The notes under the pieces were generated by a model, which did not search any database, was not told where the DNA came from, and worked only from the letters and a program-made list of their open reading frames with translations. This document shows positions 46,758 through 57,046 of a DNA stretch of 64,000 nucleotides, one piece after another; within the stretch, counting starts at the first letter, position 1, and each line of letters opens with the position of its first letter. This DNA comes from Candidatus Giovannonibacteria bacterium (GTDB lineage: Bacteria > Patescibacteriota > Minisyncoccia > JACPKW01 > UBA11713), in contig JACPKW010000006.1 of assembly GCA_016186825.1 (NCBI GenBank), forward strand, positions 3,191 through 67,190. Reading direction: 5' to 3'. Position numbers and translations under genes: made by a program.

Positions 46758-48071
46758 ATGATAGACAATAAAAATTTTCAATCCGCGCTCGAAGAGCTCT
46801 TAATGGAGCGAGGAATTCCCAAAGAAAAGATTTTCGAAACAATCGAGCTTGCTTTGGCTGCGGCTTATAAAAAAGACTACGGCAAGCGCGGGCAGATTAT
46901 TCGTGCTGAATTTGATTCAAAAACCGCACAATCAAAATTTTCACAGATAAAAATAGTCGTTGATGAAAGCATGCTCAAGGGCGAAGATGAAGATGATGGG
47001 GCTGAAAATGTTGAACTTGAAAAAGAGGCTCTGGAAACGGAGGGCGAAGTGCGGAAGGTGCGCTTCAACCCCGAGCGGCACATTATGCTCGAGGAAGCCA
47101 AAAAAATTAATCCAAAAATAGAGCCCGGGGAGGAGCTCATTTTTCCGCTCGAAACAAAGGACGATTACGGACGGATCGCGGCGCAGACTGCAAAGCAAGT
47201 AATTATCCAGAGAATCCGCGAGGCTGAACGCGAGTCTGTTTTTTCCGAATTCGAATCAAAGCAGGGACAGGTTATTTCCGGAATAGTTCAGCGCATTGAA
47301 GGGCGAAACGTATTTTTGGATCTGGGACGTGCCACAGCCATTCTCCCCCGCGAAGAACAGATACGCGGAGAACGCTACAGGATCGGAGAGCGCATCAAAG
47401 CTTATCTTTTCTTGGTCGAAAAAAACCCGAAAGGGCCGGGGCTCTATCTTTCCCGCTCGCACCCGCGTTTTGTCGCGAAGTTGTTTGAAATTGAAGTTCC
47501 GGAAATCGCAAATGGGGCAGTTGAAATTAAAAACATTGCGCGCGAAGCAGGATCACGCACAAAAATCGCGGTTTCTTCGAAAGAAGAAGGCGTCGATGCA
47601 GTCGGATCGTGCGTTGGGCAAAAAGGAATCAGGGTCGGAACAGTTATTGCCGAACTCGGCGGAGAAAAAATTGACATCATTGAATGGCGCGACGATCCTG
47701 AAGAATTTATTGCAAAAAGCCTGTCCCCCGCAAAAATTCTTGAAGTCGAGGCAAATCAATCCACAAAAGAAGCAAGCGTTACGGTCGCCGAAGACCAGCT
47801 TTCTCTCGCCATCGGGAAAGGAGGACAAAACGTGAGGCTCGCGGCAAAATTAACAGGGTACAAAATCGATATTCATTCCCGCTCCGGTGAAATGGTCGCA
47901 AGCTCCGAGGAAGAAGAACAAGCAAAAGAGACCGTTGAATCTGGGGATAAAAAAGAAATTGCTGAAAAAGAAGCACAAGTAGAAACTGCCGGAGAAAAGG
48001 CGAATGAACCGCCGGGAAAAAAAGACGGCGAAGAAAAAGAAACCAAACAAAAGTCAAAAAAAATTAAATAA
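46758..48071 (+). CDS. nusA: transcription termination/antitermination factor NusA with acidic C-terminal tail
   Basis: 437 aa; NusA N-domain, S1 and two KH domains (GQKGIRVGTVIAELGGEKIDI). Confidence 0.88.
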   Translation: MIDNKNFQSALEELLMERGIPKEKIFETIELALAAAYKKDYGKRGQIIRAEFDSKTAQSKFSQIKIVVDESMLKGEDEDDGAENVELEKEALETEGEVRKVRFNPERHIMLEEAKKINPKIEPGEELIFPLETKDDYGRIAAQTAKQVIIQRIREAERESVFSEFESKQGQVISGIVQRIEGRNVFLDLGRATAILPREEQIRGERYRIGERIKAYLFLVEKNPKGPGLYLSRSHPRFVAKLFEIEVPEIANGAVEIKNIAREAGSRTKIAVSSKEEGVDAVGSCVGQKGIRVGTVIAELGGEKIDIIEWRDDPEEFIAKSLSPAKILEVEANQSTKEASVTVAEDQLSLAIGKGGQNVRLAAKLTGYKIDIHSRSGEMVASSEEEEQAKETVESGDKKEIAEKEAQVETAGEKANEPPGKKDGEEKETKQKSKKIK

Positions 48072-48085
48072 ATTAATACACAAAT

Positions 48086-50080
48086 ATGAACGACTCAATT
48101 TGGTATGTAATTGGCGTAAGCGTTATCGGACTTATCGCGGCGGCTTGGGCGCGCTTTCGCATAAGACAGATGCCTGCGGGAGATGAAAAAATGCTCTCGA
48201 TCGCGCGCGCGATCGAAGAAGGCTCGCTTGCCTATTTAAAAAGGCAATATAAAGTCGTAAGCATTGTCGCGATAATAATCGCGGCTCTCCTCTTTTATTA
48301 TTTTGGAACAAACACAGCTTTAGGATTTGTTATCGGCGCGCTGGCATCTGCGCTTGCCGGATATCTAGGAATGATGACTGCGGTTATGTCGAATGTGCGC
48401 GTCGCCCAAGCCGCAAAATCAGGCCTTTCAAAGGCTTTCCATGCTGCATATCTCGGCGGCTCCGTAACAGGTTTTCTCGTAGTAAGCCTTGGACTTTTGG
48501 TTGTCGGCGCATTCTGGATTTATACAAAAGATTTAGCCGCACTCCTCGGCCTCGGATTCGGGGGATCATTGATTTCAGTTTTCTCGCGACTTGGCGGCGG
48601 AATTTATACCAAAGGGGCGGATGTCGGCGCGGATCTTGTCGGAAAAGTTGAGGTTGGAATTCCAGAAGACGATCCAAGAAACCCTGCCGTGATTGCAGAC
48701 AATGTTGGAGACAACGTCGGCGACTGCGCGGGGATGGCTGCTGATTTATTTGAAACTTACGCAGTTACTTTAATCGCGGCGATGCTTCTGGGCTCGCTCA
48801 TTTACCCGGGAGTAGGCGCGGCGATTACGTACCCGATTTTTTTGGCGGCTGCGGGACTCGTCGCTTCGCTCGTTGGAACTTTATTTGTGCGCGCCCACGT
48901 CAAAGAAAAAATTATGGCTGGATTATATAAAGGGCTGATCGCGGCTGGCATCATTTCGATTATTCTTTTCTGGCCGGTTACGAATGCATTTGTGAAAGAA
49001 AACCAGATCCCGGGAGATTCCTTAAAACTTTTTGCATCTGCTTTAATCGGACTTGCCCTTACGCTCTCAATGGTAATTATTACCGAATACTATACTTCAA
49101 AAAAATTCCGCCCCGTAAAAAATATCGCGAAAGCTTCAACTTCGGGACATGGCACGAACATTATCATGGGGCTTGCAGTCTCGCTTGAAGCGACAGTGCT
49201 TCCGATTATCGCAATCGCGCTTGGAACTTATTTTGCTTGGCTTCTTTTCGGCCTTTACGGAATAGCAATCGCGGCGACTGCAATGCTTTCTTTGACAGGA
49301 ATTATTGTCGCGATCGATTCATTCGGTCCGATTACAGATAATGCGGGCGGAATCGCGGAAATGGCTGGCCTTTCGGCAGATGTCCGCAGCATCACCGATC
49401 CGCTTGATGCGGTTGGAAATACAACGAAAGCTATTACAAAAGGATACGCGATTGCTTCGGCCGGACTTGCCGCGCTCGTTTTATTCGGAGCATACGTTGA
49501 GGAAATTCGAGTGCACGGGGAAGCGCTGACTTTTGAGATAAATGATCCTCTGGTTTTGGTCGGGCTCTTCTTGGGCGGTATGCTCCCCTATCTTTTCGGA
49601 GCGCTTTCGATGCTTGCGGTCGGCAAAGCCGCGGGATCGATTGTGGGGGAAGTCCGCAGGCAATTTCGTGAGAAAAAAATTATGGAAGGAATCGACAAAC
49701 CTGATTACGCAAGAGCGGTAGATATTGTAACTAAAGCCGCACTTCGAGAGATGATTTTGCCCGCTCTTCTGCCAATAGCAGTCACGATTTTGGTCGCGAT
49801 AATTTTCGGCCTCAAAGCGCTGGGCGGACTATTGATAGGGGTTATCATCACAGGACTTTTCCAGGCGATTGCCATGACTTCCGGCGGTGCCGCGTGGGAC
49901 AACGCGAAAAAATATATTGAAGAAGGGAACTACGGCGGAAAAGGTTCTCCCGCGCATCAGGCCGCAGTTACAGGAGACACAGTAGGAGATCCTTACAAAG
50001 ACACCGCTGGTCCCGCCATCAACCCGATGATTAAAGTGGTGAATATAGTAGCGTTATTGCTCGTCGGGATATTACTGTAA
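48086..50080 (+). CDS. hppA: membrane-bound H+/Na+-translocating pyrophosphatase
   Basis: 664 aa; [34 protein letters not shown] motifs. Confidence 0.9.
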   Translation: MNDSIWYVIGVSVIGLIAAAWARFRIRQMPAGDEKMLSIARAIEEGSLAYLKRQYKVVSIVAIIIAALLFYYFGTNTALGFVIGALASALAGYLGMMTAVMSNVRVAQAAKSGLSKAFHAAYLGGSVTGFLVVSLGLLVVGAFWIYTKDLAALLGLGFGGSLISVFSRLGGGIYTKGADVGADLVGKVEVGIPEDDPRNPAVIADNVGDNVGDCAGMAADLFETYAVTLIAAMLLGSLIYPGVGAAITYPIFLAAAGLVASLVGTLFVRAHVKEKIMAGLYKGLIAAGIISIILFWPVTNAFVKENQIPGDSLKLFASALIGLALTLSMVIITEYYTSKKFRPVKNIAKASTSGHGTNIIMGLAVSLEATVLPIIAIALGTYFAWLLFGLYGIAIAATAMLSLTGIIVAIDSFGPITDNAGGIAEMAGLSADVRSITDPLDAVGNTTKAITKGYAIASAGLAALVLFGAYVEEIRVHGEALTFEINDPLVLVGLFLGGMLPYLFGALSMLAVGKAAGSIVGEVRRQFREKKIMEGIDKPDYARAVDIVTKAALREMILPALLPIAVTILVAIIFGLKALGGLLIGVIITGLFQAIAMTSGGAAWDNAKKYIEEGNYGGKGSPAHQAAVTGDTVGDPYKDTAGPAINPMIKVVNIVALLLVGILL

Positions 50081-50137
50081 AATCTTCAACGCAAAAGATG
50101 TCATTATGTTTCATAATGTTTAAAAACTAAAACATCA

Positions 50138-50171
50138 ACTTCATATGTTCACGATCGTGTAAATATGACGT
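50138..50171. repeat. nested palindromic element copy 2
   Basis: ACTTCATAT-GTTCACGATCGTGTAA-ATATGACGT between convergent hppA and Cys-rich gene. Confidence 0.5.
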
Positions 50172-50220
50172 AGAAAGACTAAACTAGACAAACTTTTTAT
50201 TTTCAAATTTTAGATATATT

Positions 50221-52047
50221 CTAAAAAACTTCGGCTAGATAGCAGGATTCGCAATAAACTGTTTCGGGCTGATTCGGCGCATAAGTCGTCTCAAATTTTA
50301 TTTCGCAACGCACCTCGCCATGCCCGTGCTTTCCGGAATTTTTATATTTCCAATTTTCAGAGCCAACCCCCGCACATTGGCAAATCCGCGGATAAAGCTT
50401 CAACGGATTTTTCAATTTCACTCTTTCGGCATGCCTGCAATTCGGGCAAAGCCGCGGCAAAGGCAGATTCATTTTCCTCAAAAAATCGAGTTCGCGCGGG
50501 ATAATTCTGAAAGCCTCCGTGCACCCTTCATTGCATCCGACAACTGGCGGATTTTCCTGATGAGCGCATGGGATGATCTGATCCAGAATATCATCCCCAA
50601 CTTCACCAATATTGTCCGGCAATTGAGAATTGGAAATCGAAAATTGATAATTCCGTATTTCAGGCTCTTTCCAGAAATACCCTTGCTCAAGCGCTTCGGT
50701 TTTCGTCAGCGGATGATATTCCGCCGCAACAGTTTCATTATAGGCAAACGGTGAAAATTCCGGCGGAAAATATTCTCCGTATTTATAAACTCTCCCTTGT
50801 TTATCCTTATAGGGCATCGAATTCATTTGATCGGTTATTTTCGGAACCAAAGCCTCGTATTCCTCCTTCGAATACTGTTTATTCAAAATACAATAAGATT
50901 TATTTTTGAGTCCCACACAGCCGAATAAATTATTTGAGTTCTCGCACGTATCCGCATACGAACAATCGAAATCATGCCAGACGCAATATCCGGCTTTCAC
51001 ATTTCGAAGCGCGATAGCGCTTACAACTTCATAAGAAAGCTCGGAATTATCCACGACAACATAGCCGTCATAACAATCCTTCGCCTTATTTCCAAGCTGA
51101 ATAAATTTCGAATCTTCCAAGTATTCCGAATCATATGAATCATAAGTCTTTTTGGAGTTGAAAATATAATCGCCGCCGACATTCGCGTTATATTGCCCAT
51201 GAATATATTTTACGATGAATTGCGGCCAGAATTTTTCCGCCTTTTCTTTCGCTGCCGTCATTTTTTGATGCGATCCCAAGCCCAATTCCTCCAATTTTTT
51301 GAAATAATCTTCTTTGGAATAAGGCTCGTTAAAAATATGATATTGTTTGTTTCGTAAATTTACCGAGCCCACGCAGTCGTGGCAATTTACGCAATTTTTT
51401 GAGAAAAATAAATTCTGCGAATTCGCGCAATCCTGCGAGAAAAATACTCGATAGCATTTTTTGCACGTTACCGAACCATAGCAAAGTTCGCACTCGTTTG
51501 AATTGAGCGAATCAAAAGTATCCTTGCAATTAAAAATCGAATACGAGTAAGCCGAGTCTTCGTTGTGATCGCTAACGAATAAAAGATAACCGTTTTTATT
51601 GAAAGCCGAACCGTTGGTGTATTCACTATTTACATTATTGAAAACGAAAGCGTAAAGACGCGGAACTTGAAGTTGGAGTTCGCGGAACTGTTCCAAAAAC
51701 GGACGAGAAAAATCGAATTCTTTCCCATAGCTCATCGAATCCCACTTGTCACCGTGGTAACACTCAAAGCAGTAAACTTTGAAAGGCTTATCTTTCGAAT
51801 AAAGCGTTATGATATCCTTTCCGCAAAGTGCGCAATTATTTTTATAGAGCGCCCGCTCGTTTCTCCAAACTATGCGGCGAATTTGACGGCACTCCGGGCA
51901 AAAAGTTGGTAAAGGAACATTTATTTTTTTATAAAATTGCGAATCGGATTCTGTTGTTTCAAATTCCTTATGACAATTTGAGCAAACTTTTTTCATTTTG
52001 ATATTTATCCAATTACAGATTGATAAAGATAAAACCGAGAACCCCAA
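50221..52047 (-). CDS. large Cys-rich protein with paired zinc-ribbon-like modules at both ends (likely start at Met18, ~51996)
   Basis: 608 aa, ~45 Cys; N-module CSNCHKEF..PLPTFCPECRQIRR and C-module CNEGCTEAFRII..PLPRLCPNCRHAER are internal repeats. Confidence 0.5.
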   Translation of the reverse strand: MGFSVLSLSICNWINIKMKKVCSNCHKEFETTESDSQFYKKINVPLPTFCPECRQIRRIVWRNERALYKNNCALCGKDIITLYSKDKPFKVYCFECYHGDKWDSMSYGKEFDFSRPFLEQFRELQLQVPRLYAFVFNNVNSEYTNGSAFNKNGYLLFVSDHNEDSAYSYSIFNCKDTFDSLNSNECELCYGSVTCKKCYRVFFSQDCANSQNLFFSKNCVNCHDCVGSVNLRNKQYHIFNEPYSKEDYFKKLEELGLGSHQKMTAAKEKAEKFWPQFIVKYIHGQYNANVGGDYIFNSKKTYDSYDSEYLEDSKFIQLGNKAKDCYDGYVVVDNSELSYEVVSAIALRNVKAGYCVWHDFDCSYADTCENSNNLFGCVGLKNKSYCILNKQYSKEEYEALVPKITDQMNSMPYKDKQGRVYKYGEYFPPEFSPFAYNETVAAEYHPLTKTEALEQGYFWKEPEIRNYQFSISNSQLPDNIGEVGDDILDQIIPCAHQENPPVVGCNEGCTEAFRIIPRELDFLRKMNLPLPRLCPNCRHAERVKLKNPLKLYPRICQCAGVGSENWKYKNSGKHGHGEVRCEIKFETTYAPNQPETVYCESCYLAEVF

Positions 52048-52235
52048 TTCGTTTGAAATCCGATACTATTTTCCTGAATCTCAATTCCTTTAACGGTCCT
52101 TTCGGGCAGAGAAATGATATGACGCATCGCCATGTCTAAAGCCTCCTTTTTCGTGTCGCAAAATTTACGAACGCAATGTTTGCAGTCCATCATCCAACTG
52201 TCCCCGCTTTTGTAAATAATTATTTTGTTTTTCAT
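52005..52235 (-). CDS. hypothetical small protein
   Basis: 76 aa. Confidence 0.35.
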   Translation of the reverse strand: MKNKIIIYKSGDSWMMDCKHCVRKFCDTKKEALDMAMRHIISLPERTVKGIEIQENSIGFQTNWGSRFYLYQSVIG

Positions 52236-52517
52236 TTTTTTTCATCTAATCGTATTATTTTTTAATTTTTCCATAAAAATCTTCAATACTATGATGCAAC
52301 ATATTATTTAAAAACTTTGTTGGACCAAATTATAAGGAAAACTTGGCAGAAACCTTATTTCCATGGGCAAAGAACTTGACTCTTCCAGCAGAGTTTAGCA
52401 TGGCAATATTGTTCTGTCAAACAGTCATCATTAAAATATCATTATTTACCAATGGGTTTTCAGATTTTGTGGAATGGATTCGACACAAAATAAATAATGC
52501 CTTAAAATTGGGCTATT

Positions 52518-53297
52518 ATGGAAAATTCAATTAAGGCTCTCATTTCCTCTGGACTTTCGGCAAATGAAGCAAAAATATATTTGGCGCTCTTAGTATTGGG
52601 TAGAGGTACGGTTTCGGAGATTACAAGAAAAGCGAACTTGAACCGTACAACTGGCTATGACGTGCTTGATTCACTCGTGAATATTGGTCTTGCAAGCGTT
52701 TCCGGAAAAGAACCAAAGCAGGAATATATTGCGGAATCGCCAGATCGAGTAGAGGTGAACCTAAAAAATAAAATCGAACAAGACCAGAAAAATTTAAACG
52801 AAATTAAAAACCTGATTCCGGAGCTTAAATCCATCCACAATGTCGCGGGGAGGCCGAAAGTAAGATTTTATGAGGGAACCGAGGGGTTAATTCAAGTTTA
52901 TGAAGACACTCTAACCTCCTCTGAAACAATCCTTGCCTATGCGACGGTTGACGACATGCATAAAGCGCTTCCGAATTATTTCCCGAAATATTATGAGCGC
53001 CGTGCTGGAAAAGGTATCGCCATTAAAGCAATAATTCCAAAAACCGCAGCTGGTGAAGAGCGAGCAGTGCATAATGAGACGGAAAGGCGCGAAACTGCGC
53101 TAATTCCGCCCGATAAATACTATTTCTCGCCCGAAATAAATATTTACGATAACAAAGTAATGATCGCGTCTTTACGCGAAAAGCTGGGCATTATAATAGA
53201 AAGCGCTGAAATCGCAGACGCCATGAAAATTATTTATAAATTAGCATGGCCTGAAGCGAAGAGGCTCGAACAGGAGGCAGAATATATTTCAAAATGA
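52518..53297 (+). CDS. TrmB-family HTH transcriptional regulator
   Basis: 259 aa; N-terminal wHTH (NEAKIYLALLVLGRGTVSEITRKANLNRTTGYDVLDSL). Confidence 0.6.
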   Translation: MENSIKALISSGLSANEAKIYLALLVLGRGTVSEITRKANLNRTTGYDVLDSLVNIGLASVSGKEPKQEYIAESPDRVEVNLKNKIEQDQKNLNEIKNLIPELKSIHNVAGRPKVRFYEGTEGLIQVYEDTLTSSETILAYATVDDMHKALPNYFPKYYERRAGKGIAIKAIIPKTAAGEERAVHNETERRETALIPPDKYYFSPEINIYDNKVMIASLREKLGIIIESAEIADAMKIIYKLAWPEAKRLEQEAEYISK

Positions 53298-53369
53298 ACC
53301 TTTTCTTTATTATTATTCTTTCAAAATTGGGCTTTATTTTTTTATAAAAAAAGAGTAATATACACCGAC

Positions 53370-54416
53370 ATGCAAATAGAAATTAAAAAACTTTCCCCTT
53401 CCGAGGTCGAAATCACAGGCGAACTTGAAGCGGAAAAATTCGATAAATTCTGGGCGAGCGCGGTAAAAAAAGTTAACTCAAAAACAAAGCTCGACGGATT
53501 TCGTCCCGGAAACATCCCCGAGAAAGTTCTAGTTGATAGAGTAGGCGAAGCTGAAATTATGGAAGAAGCCGCCGGACTCGCGCTTTCGGATATCTGGCCC
53601 CGCATCATTAAGGAAAATAAAATCGAGGCGATCGGGCGCCCAGAAATCGTGATTACAAAAATCACAAAAGGAAATCCGCTCGGATTCAAGATCAAAACTT
53701 ACTCCCTCCCAGAAATAAATCTTCCAGACTACGCTGATTTAATAAAGCCTATTTTTTCCGCCGAAACCCCAGTTGCGGTAGAAGAAAAAGAAATTTCAGA
53801 CGCGCTCGAATACATCAGAAAAACCAAGGCAAAGATTTCCGAAAAAGTTGAAAATTCCGAAGCTCCCAAAGAGATTGAAGAACTTCCGGAGTTAAATGAC
53901 GAATTTGCGCGTAGCGTGGGGCAGTTTGAGAACCTGGAAGCCTTAAAAAATACGCTTGCAAATAACATCAAAATGGAGAAAACTATGAAGCTTCGCGACA
54001 AAAAGCGAATGGAGGCTCTTGATCTGATCGCGCATACAATCAAAATAGAAATCCCGCAGATATTGGTTGAGGCCGAGAAAGAAAAAATGATTTCCGAGCT
54101 CAAGGCGAACCTTAGCCAGATGGGCCTCGAATGGGGGCATTACCTCGAACACATCAAAAGAACAGCAGAAGACTTGAGAAAAGAATGGGCAAGCGAAGCT
54201 GAAAAAAGAGTGCGCTACGGCTTAGCAATCCGCGCGATTCGCGAAAGAGAAAAAATTACAGCGAGCGAAGAAGAACTTAAAAAAGAAGTGGAATATATAG
54301 TCTCGCGCCAGACCGCCGAAGAAAAAGGAAAGCTTGACCCCGAAAGCCTGCGCGATTACGCTTATGGTATTATCATCAATGAAAAAGTTTTTCAGGCTTT
54401 AGAAAAAAATAAGTAA
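53370..54416 (+). CDS. tig: trigger factor (short form)
   Basis: 348 aa; N-terminal ribosome-binding domain ([11 protein letters not shown]). Confidence 0.8.
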   Translation: MQIEIKKLSPSEVEITGELEAEKFDKFWASAVKKVNSKTKLDGFRPGNIPEKVLVDRVGEAEIMEEAAGLALSDIWPRIIKENKIEAIGRPEIVITKITKGNPLGFKIKTYSLPEINLPDYADLIKPIFSAETPVAVEEKEISDALEYIRKTKAKISEKVENSEAPKEIEELPELNDEFARSVGQFENLEALKNTLANNIKMEKTMKLRDKKRMEALDLIAHTIKIEIPQILVEAEKEKMISELKANLSQMGLEWGHYLEHIKRTAEDLRKEWASEAEKRVRYGLAIRAIREREKITASEEELKKEVEYIVSRQTAEEKGKLDPESLRDYAYGIIINEKVFQALEKNK

Positions 54417-54424
54417 TTAATATT

Positions 54425-55078
54425 ATGGAAGAAGAAAATATGAGTTATTTAATTCCGACTGTCATCGAAAAATCGCAATATGGCGAGCGCGCTTACGATA
54501 TCTATTCGCGGCTATTAAAAGACCGAATTATCTTTCTTGGCGGACAAATTAACGACGCGGTCGCAAACACCGTGATTGCGCAGATTTTGTTTTTGGAGCT
54601 TCAAGACCCGAAACAGGATATAAAATTATATATAAATTCACCCGGCGGATCGGTTTCTGCTGCGCTTGCGATTTATGACACGATGCAGCACGTGCGGGCG
54701 GAGGTTTCCACGATCTGCATCGGTTTTGCGGCTTCCGCGGCGGCGATTTTGCTCGCTTCAGGCGCAAGAGGCAAGCGCTATGCCCTTCCAAACTCGGAGA
54801 TCATGATCCACCAAGTTTACGGTGCGGCGGAAGGCGTAGCGGCTGATATCAAAATTACCGCTGACCACATTATTCACGTCCGCGAAAAAGTAAATAAAAT
54901 TCTTTCATCTCACACGGGACAGACGCTTGCAAAAATTGAAAGAGATACCGACCGCGATCGCTATATGGATGCCGAGGAAGCAAAAAACTACGGGATCATT
55001 GATCAAATCGTAAAAACAAAAAACGGCTCAACAATAAAAGCCGCAAAAGAACCGAAAGAAAAAGTTTTCTCGAAATAA
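54425..55078 (+). CDS. clpP: ATP-dependent Clp protease proteolytic subunit
   Basis: 217 aa; catalytic Ser region [14 protein letters not shown], His/Asp motifs. Confidence 0.9.
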   Translation: MEEENMSYLIPTVIEKSQYGERAYDIYSRLLKDRIIFLGGQINDAVANTVIAQILFLELQDPKQDIKLYINSPGGSVSAALAIYDTMQHVRAEVSTICIGFAASAAAILLASGARGKRYALPNSEIMIHQVYGAAEGVAADIKITADHIIHVREKVNKILSSHTGQTLAKIERDTDRDRYMDAEEAKNYGIIDQIVKTKNGSTIKAAKEPKEKVFSK

Positions 55079-55215
55079 AAAAAGCCGGAAGTAAGAGAAG
55101 TTCTTAGGCACAAGGCCTATATCCCCCTTGCGGGGGCCCTCGAAGGAGGGACGAGGGGGACTTCCCCTACTTTCGGCTTTTTACTTGTTTAAATATACAA
55201 AACAGAAAAAAAATG

Positions 55216-56910
55216 TCAATTTTCTCGACCCATGATGCCGATTTTTTTAAGCAAACTCACGCCGCGCATTTCTTCAGGAGTTTTTAAGCCCATCAAATCC
55301 AATACCGTCGGGGCAACATCTGTTAAAACTCCGCCGACCTTGGAATAAACGCGGCGAATTTCATCCGGTTCTTTTTCTTTTTGATTCTTAAACTGCTCCC
55401 CGATCAAGTAAAACGGCACAGGATTTGAAGTGTGTTTCGTCCTTTTTTCGCCCGAGACTCTGTATCTTTTTTCTTCAGCATTGCCGTGATCTCCAGTGAT
55501 TACTAAAATCCCTCCGAGCTCAAGCACTTTTTCCATAATTTGGCCGATTTTTTCGTCAAGAATTTCAAGCGCTTTTCTGGTGGCATCAAAACTGCCTGTA
55601 TGCCCTACCATGTCGCCGTTTGCGAAATTTACGAGAATAAAATCGTAATCCCCGATTTTCTCAAGAATATTTTCGCAAATTTTGTCTGCGGACATTTCAG
55701 GATGCTCGTCAAAATGGGCACCCTGAAGAGACGGAACAAGAATCCGATCCTCCAACTCATATGGTTTTTCGATCCCGCCATTAAAAAAATAAGTAACATG
55801 AGCATACTTTTCGGTTTCCGCAACATGCAGCTGTTTTAAATTGTTCTCGGAAATAACACGCGCAAGCGGATAAGAAATATCAAGCGGCGGAAAAGCCACA
55901 AGCACAGGAAGTTTGTCATCATATCTGGTCAGAGTCGCAAAAGCCAAATCCGCAATTTTTTCGCGCGGGAAATGGTCAAAGCCGTCCGCTACAAATGCGG
56001 AACTTAGCTCAATTGCCGAATCTTCACGAAAATTAAAAAATATTACCCCGTCTCCAGTCTGAATTCTGCCTTCGGGCTTTCCATCGCTTCCCGTTAAATA
56101 CCCAGGCTCGATGAATTCATCGCTCCTGCCGCTTTTGTATTCGGAATCAAGATACGATTCCGGATTTTGAAAGCCGTTCCCCTTCCCTTCCGCAAAAAGG
56201 CGGTAGGCCTTCTCGATTCTTCCCCAGTTTCCGTCGCGATCCATGGAAAAATCGCGCCCGACGAGCGATGCTATTTTCGCGGCTGGAAAATTTTTTTCAA
56301 GCCGCCAGATTAAATTTTGTATAAAAGTTAAAGCTTCTTTGGGCGGCGCATCCCTGCCATCCGTAAAAAGATGCAAAAAAACCTGCCCGATTTCCTGCCG
56401 TTTTGAAAACTCGAGCAGGGCATATAGGTGATCCACATAGGCATGGACCGAGCCAGACGAAAAGAGACCCATCAAATGAAGGCGCGATGAACGCTTTTTT
56501 GCGTGCTCCGCAACCTCGACAAATGCAGGATTTTCAAAAAAAGTTCCGTCCTGAATTGAAACAATGATCCGCGGAAGATGGTGATACAAAACTCGCCCAG
56601 CCCCTATGGTCAAATGGCCGACTTCGGAATTCCCCTCTTCCCCCCAAGGAAGCCCGACAGCGATTCCCGAAGCTTGCAAGGTTGTAAAGGGAAAATTTTT
56701 TTCGATTTTTCGTATATTCGGCAGATTCGCCTCTAAAAAGGTTGAGCCGGGATCCTCCGAGACGCCAAAACCATCAAGGACTGCAAGCACTAGCGGCTTA
56801 GAATTTTTAGCCATTAATGCAATTCTAACCTCCTTAAAAAAATTTGGGAATACGTTTTTAGTCAACCCCGTTAGAAATCTGTTTAATTGCATATAAATTG
56901 TTATGGACAT
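55216..56910 (-). CDS. gpmI: 2,3-bisphosphoglycerate-independent phosphoglycerate mutase (likely start at Met33, ~56814)
   Basis: iPGM family; LAVLDGFGVS, metal-binding motifs. Confidence 0.88.
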   Translation of the reverse strand: MSITIYMQLNRFLTGLTKNVFPNFFKEVRIALMAKNSKPLVLAVLDGFGVSEDPGSTFLEANLPNIRKIEKNFPFTTLQASGIAVGLPWGEEGNSEVGHLTIGAGRVLYHHLPRIIVSIQDGTFFENPAFVEVAEHAKKRSSRLHLMGLFSSGSVHAYVDHLYALLEFSKRQEIGQVFLHLFTDGRDAPPKEALTFIQNLIWRLEKNFPAAKIASLVGRDFSMDRDGNWGRIEKAYRLFAEGKGNGFQNPESYLDSEYKSGRSDEFIEPGYLTGSDGKPEGRIQTGDGVIFFNFREDSAIELSSAFVADGFDHFPREKIADLAFATLTRYDDKLPVLVAFPPLDISYPLARVISENNLKQLHVAETEKYAHVTYFFNGGIEKPYELEDRILVPSLQGAHFDEHPEMSADKICENILEKIGDYDFILVNFANGDMVGHTGSFDATRKALEILDEKIGQIMEKVLELGGILVITGDHGNAEEKRYRVSGEKRTKHTSNPVPFYLIGEQFKNQKEKEPDEIRRVYSKVGGVLTDVAPTVLDLMGLKTPEEMRGVSLLKKIGIMGREN

Positions 56911-57046
56911 TTTGACGAGGTTTCTAAGGGGGCAAACCTTGCGGTTATTAATAATGGCTGGTATGATACGGACATTATATTCGTAATTTAAACGTTCTTA
57001 TATAAATTTATAAATTCGATGAACGTTTTGAAAGGAAAAATTTATA

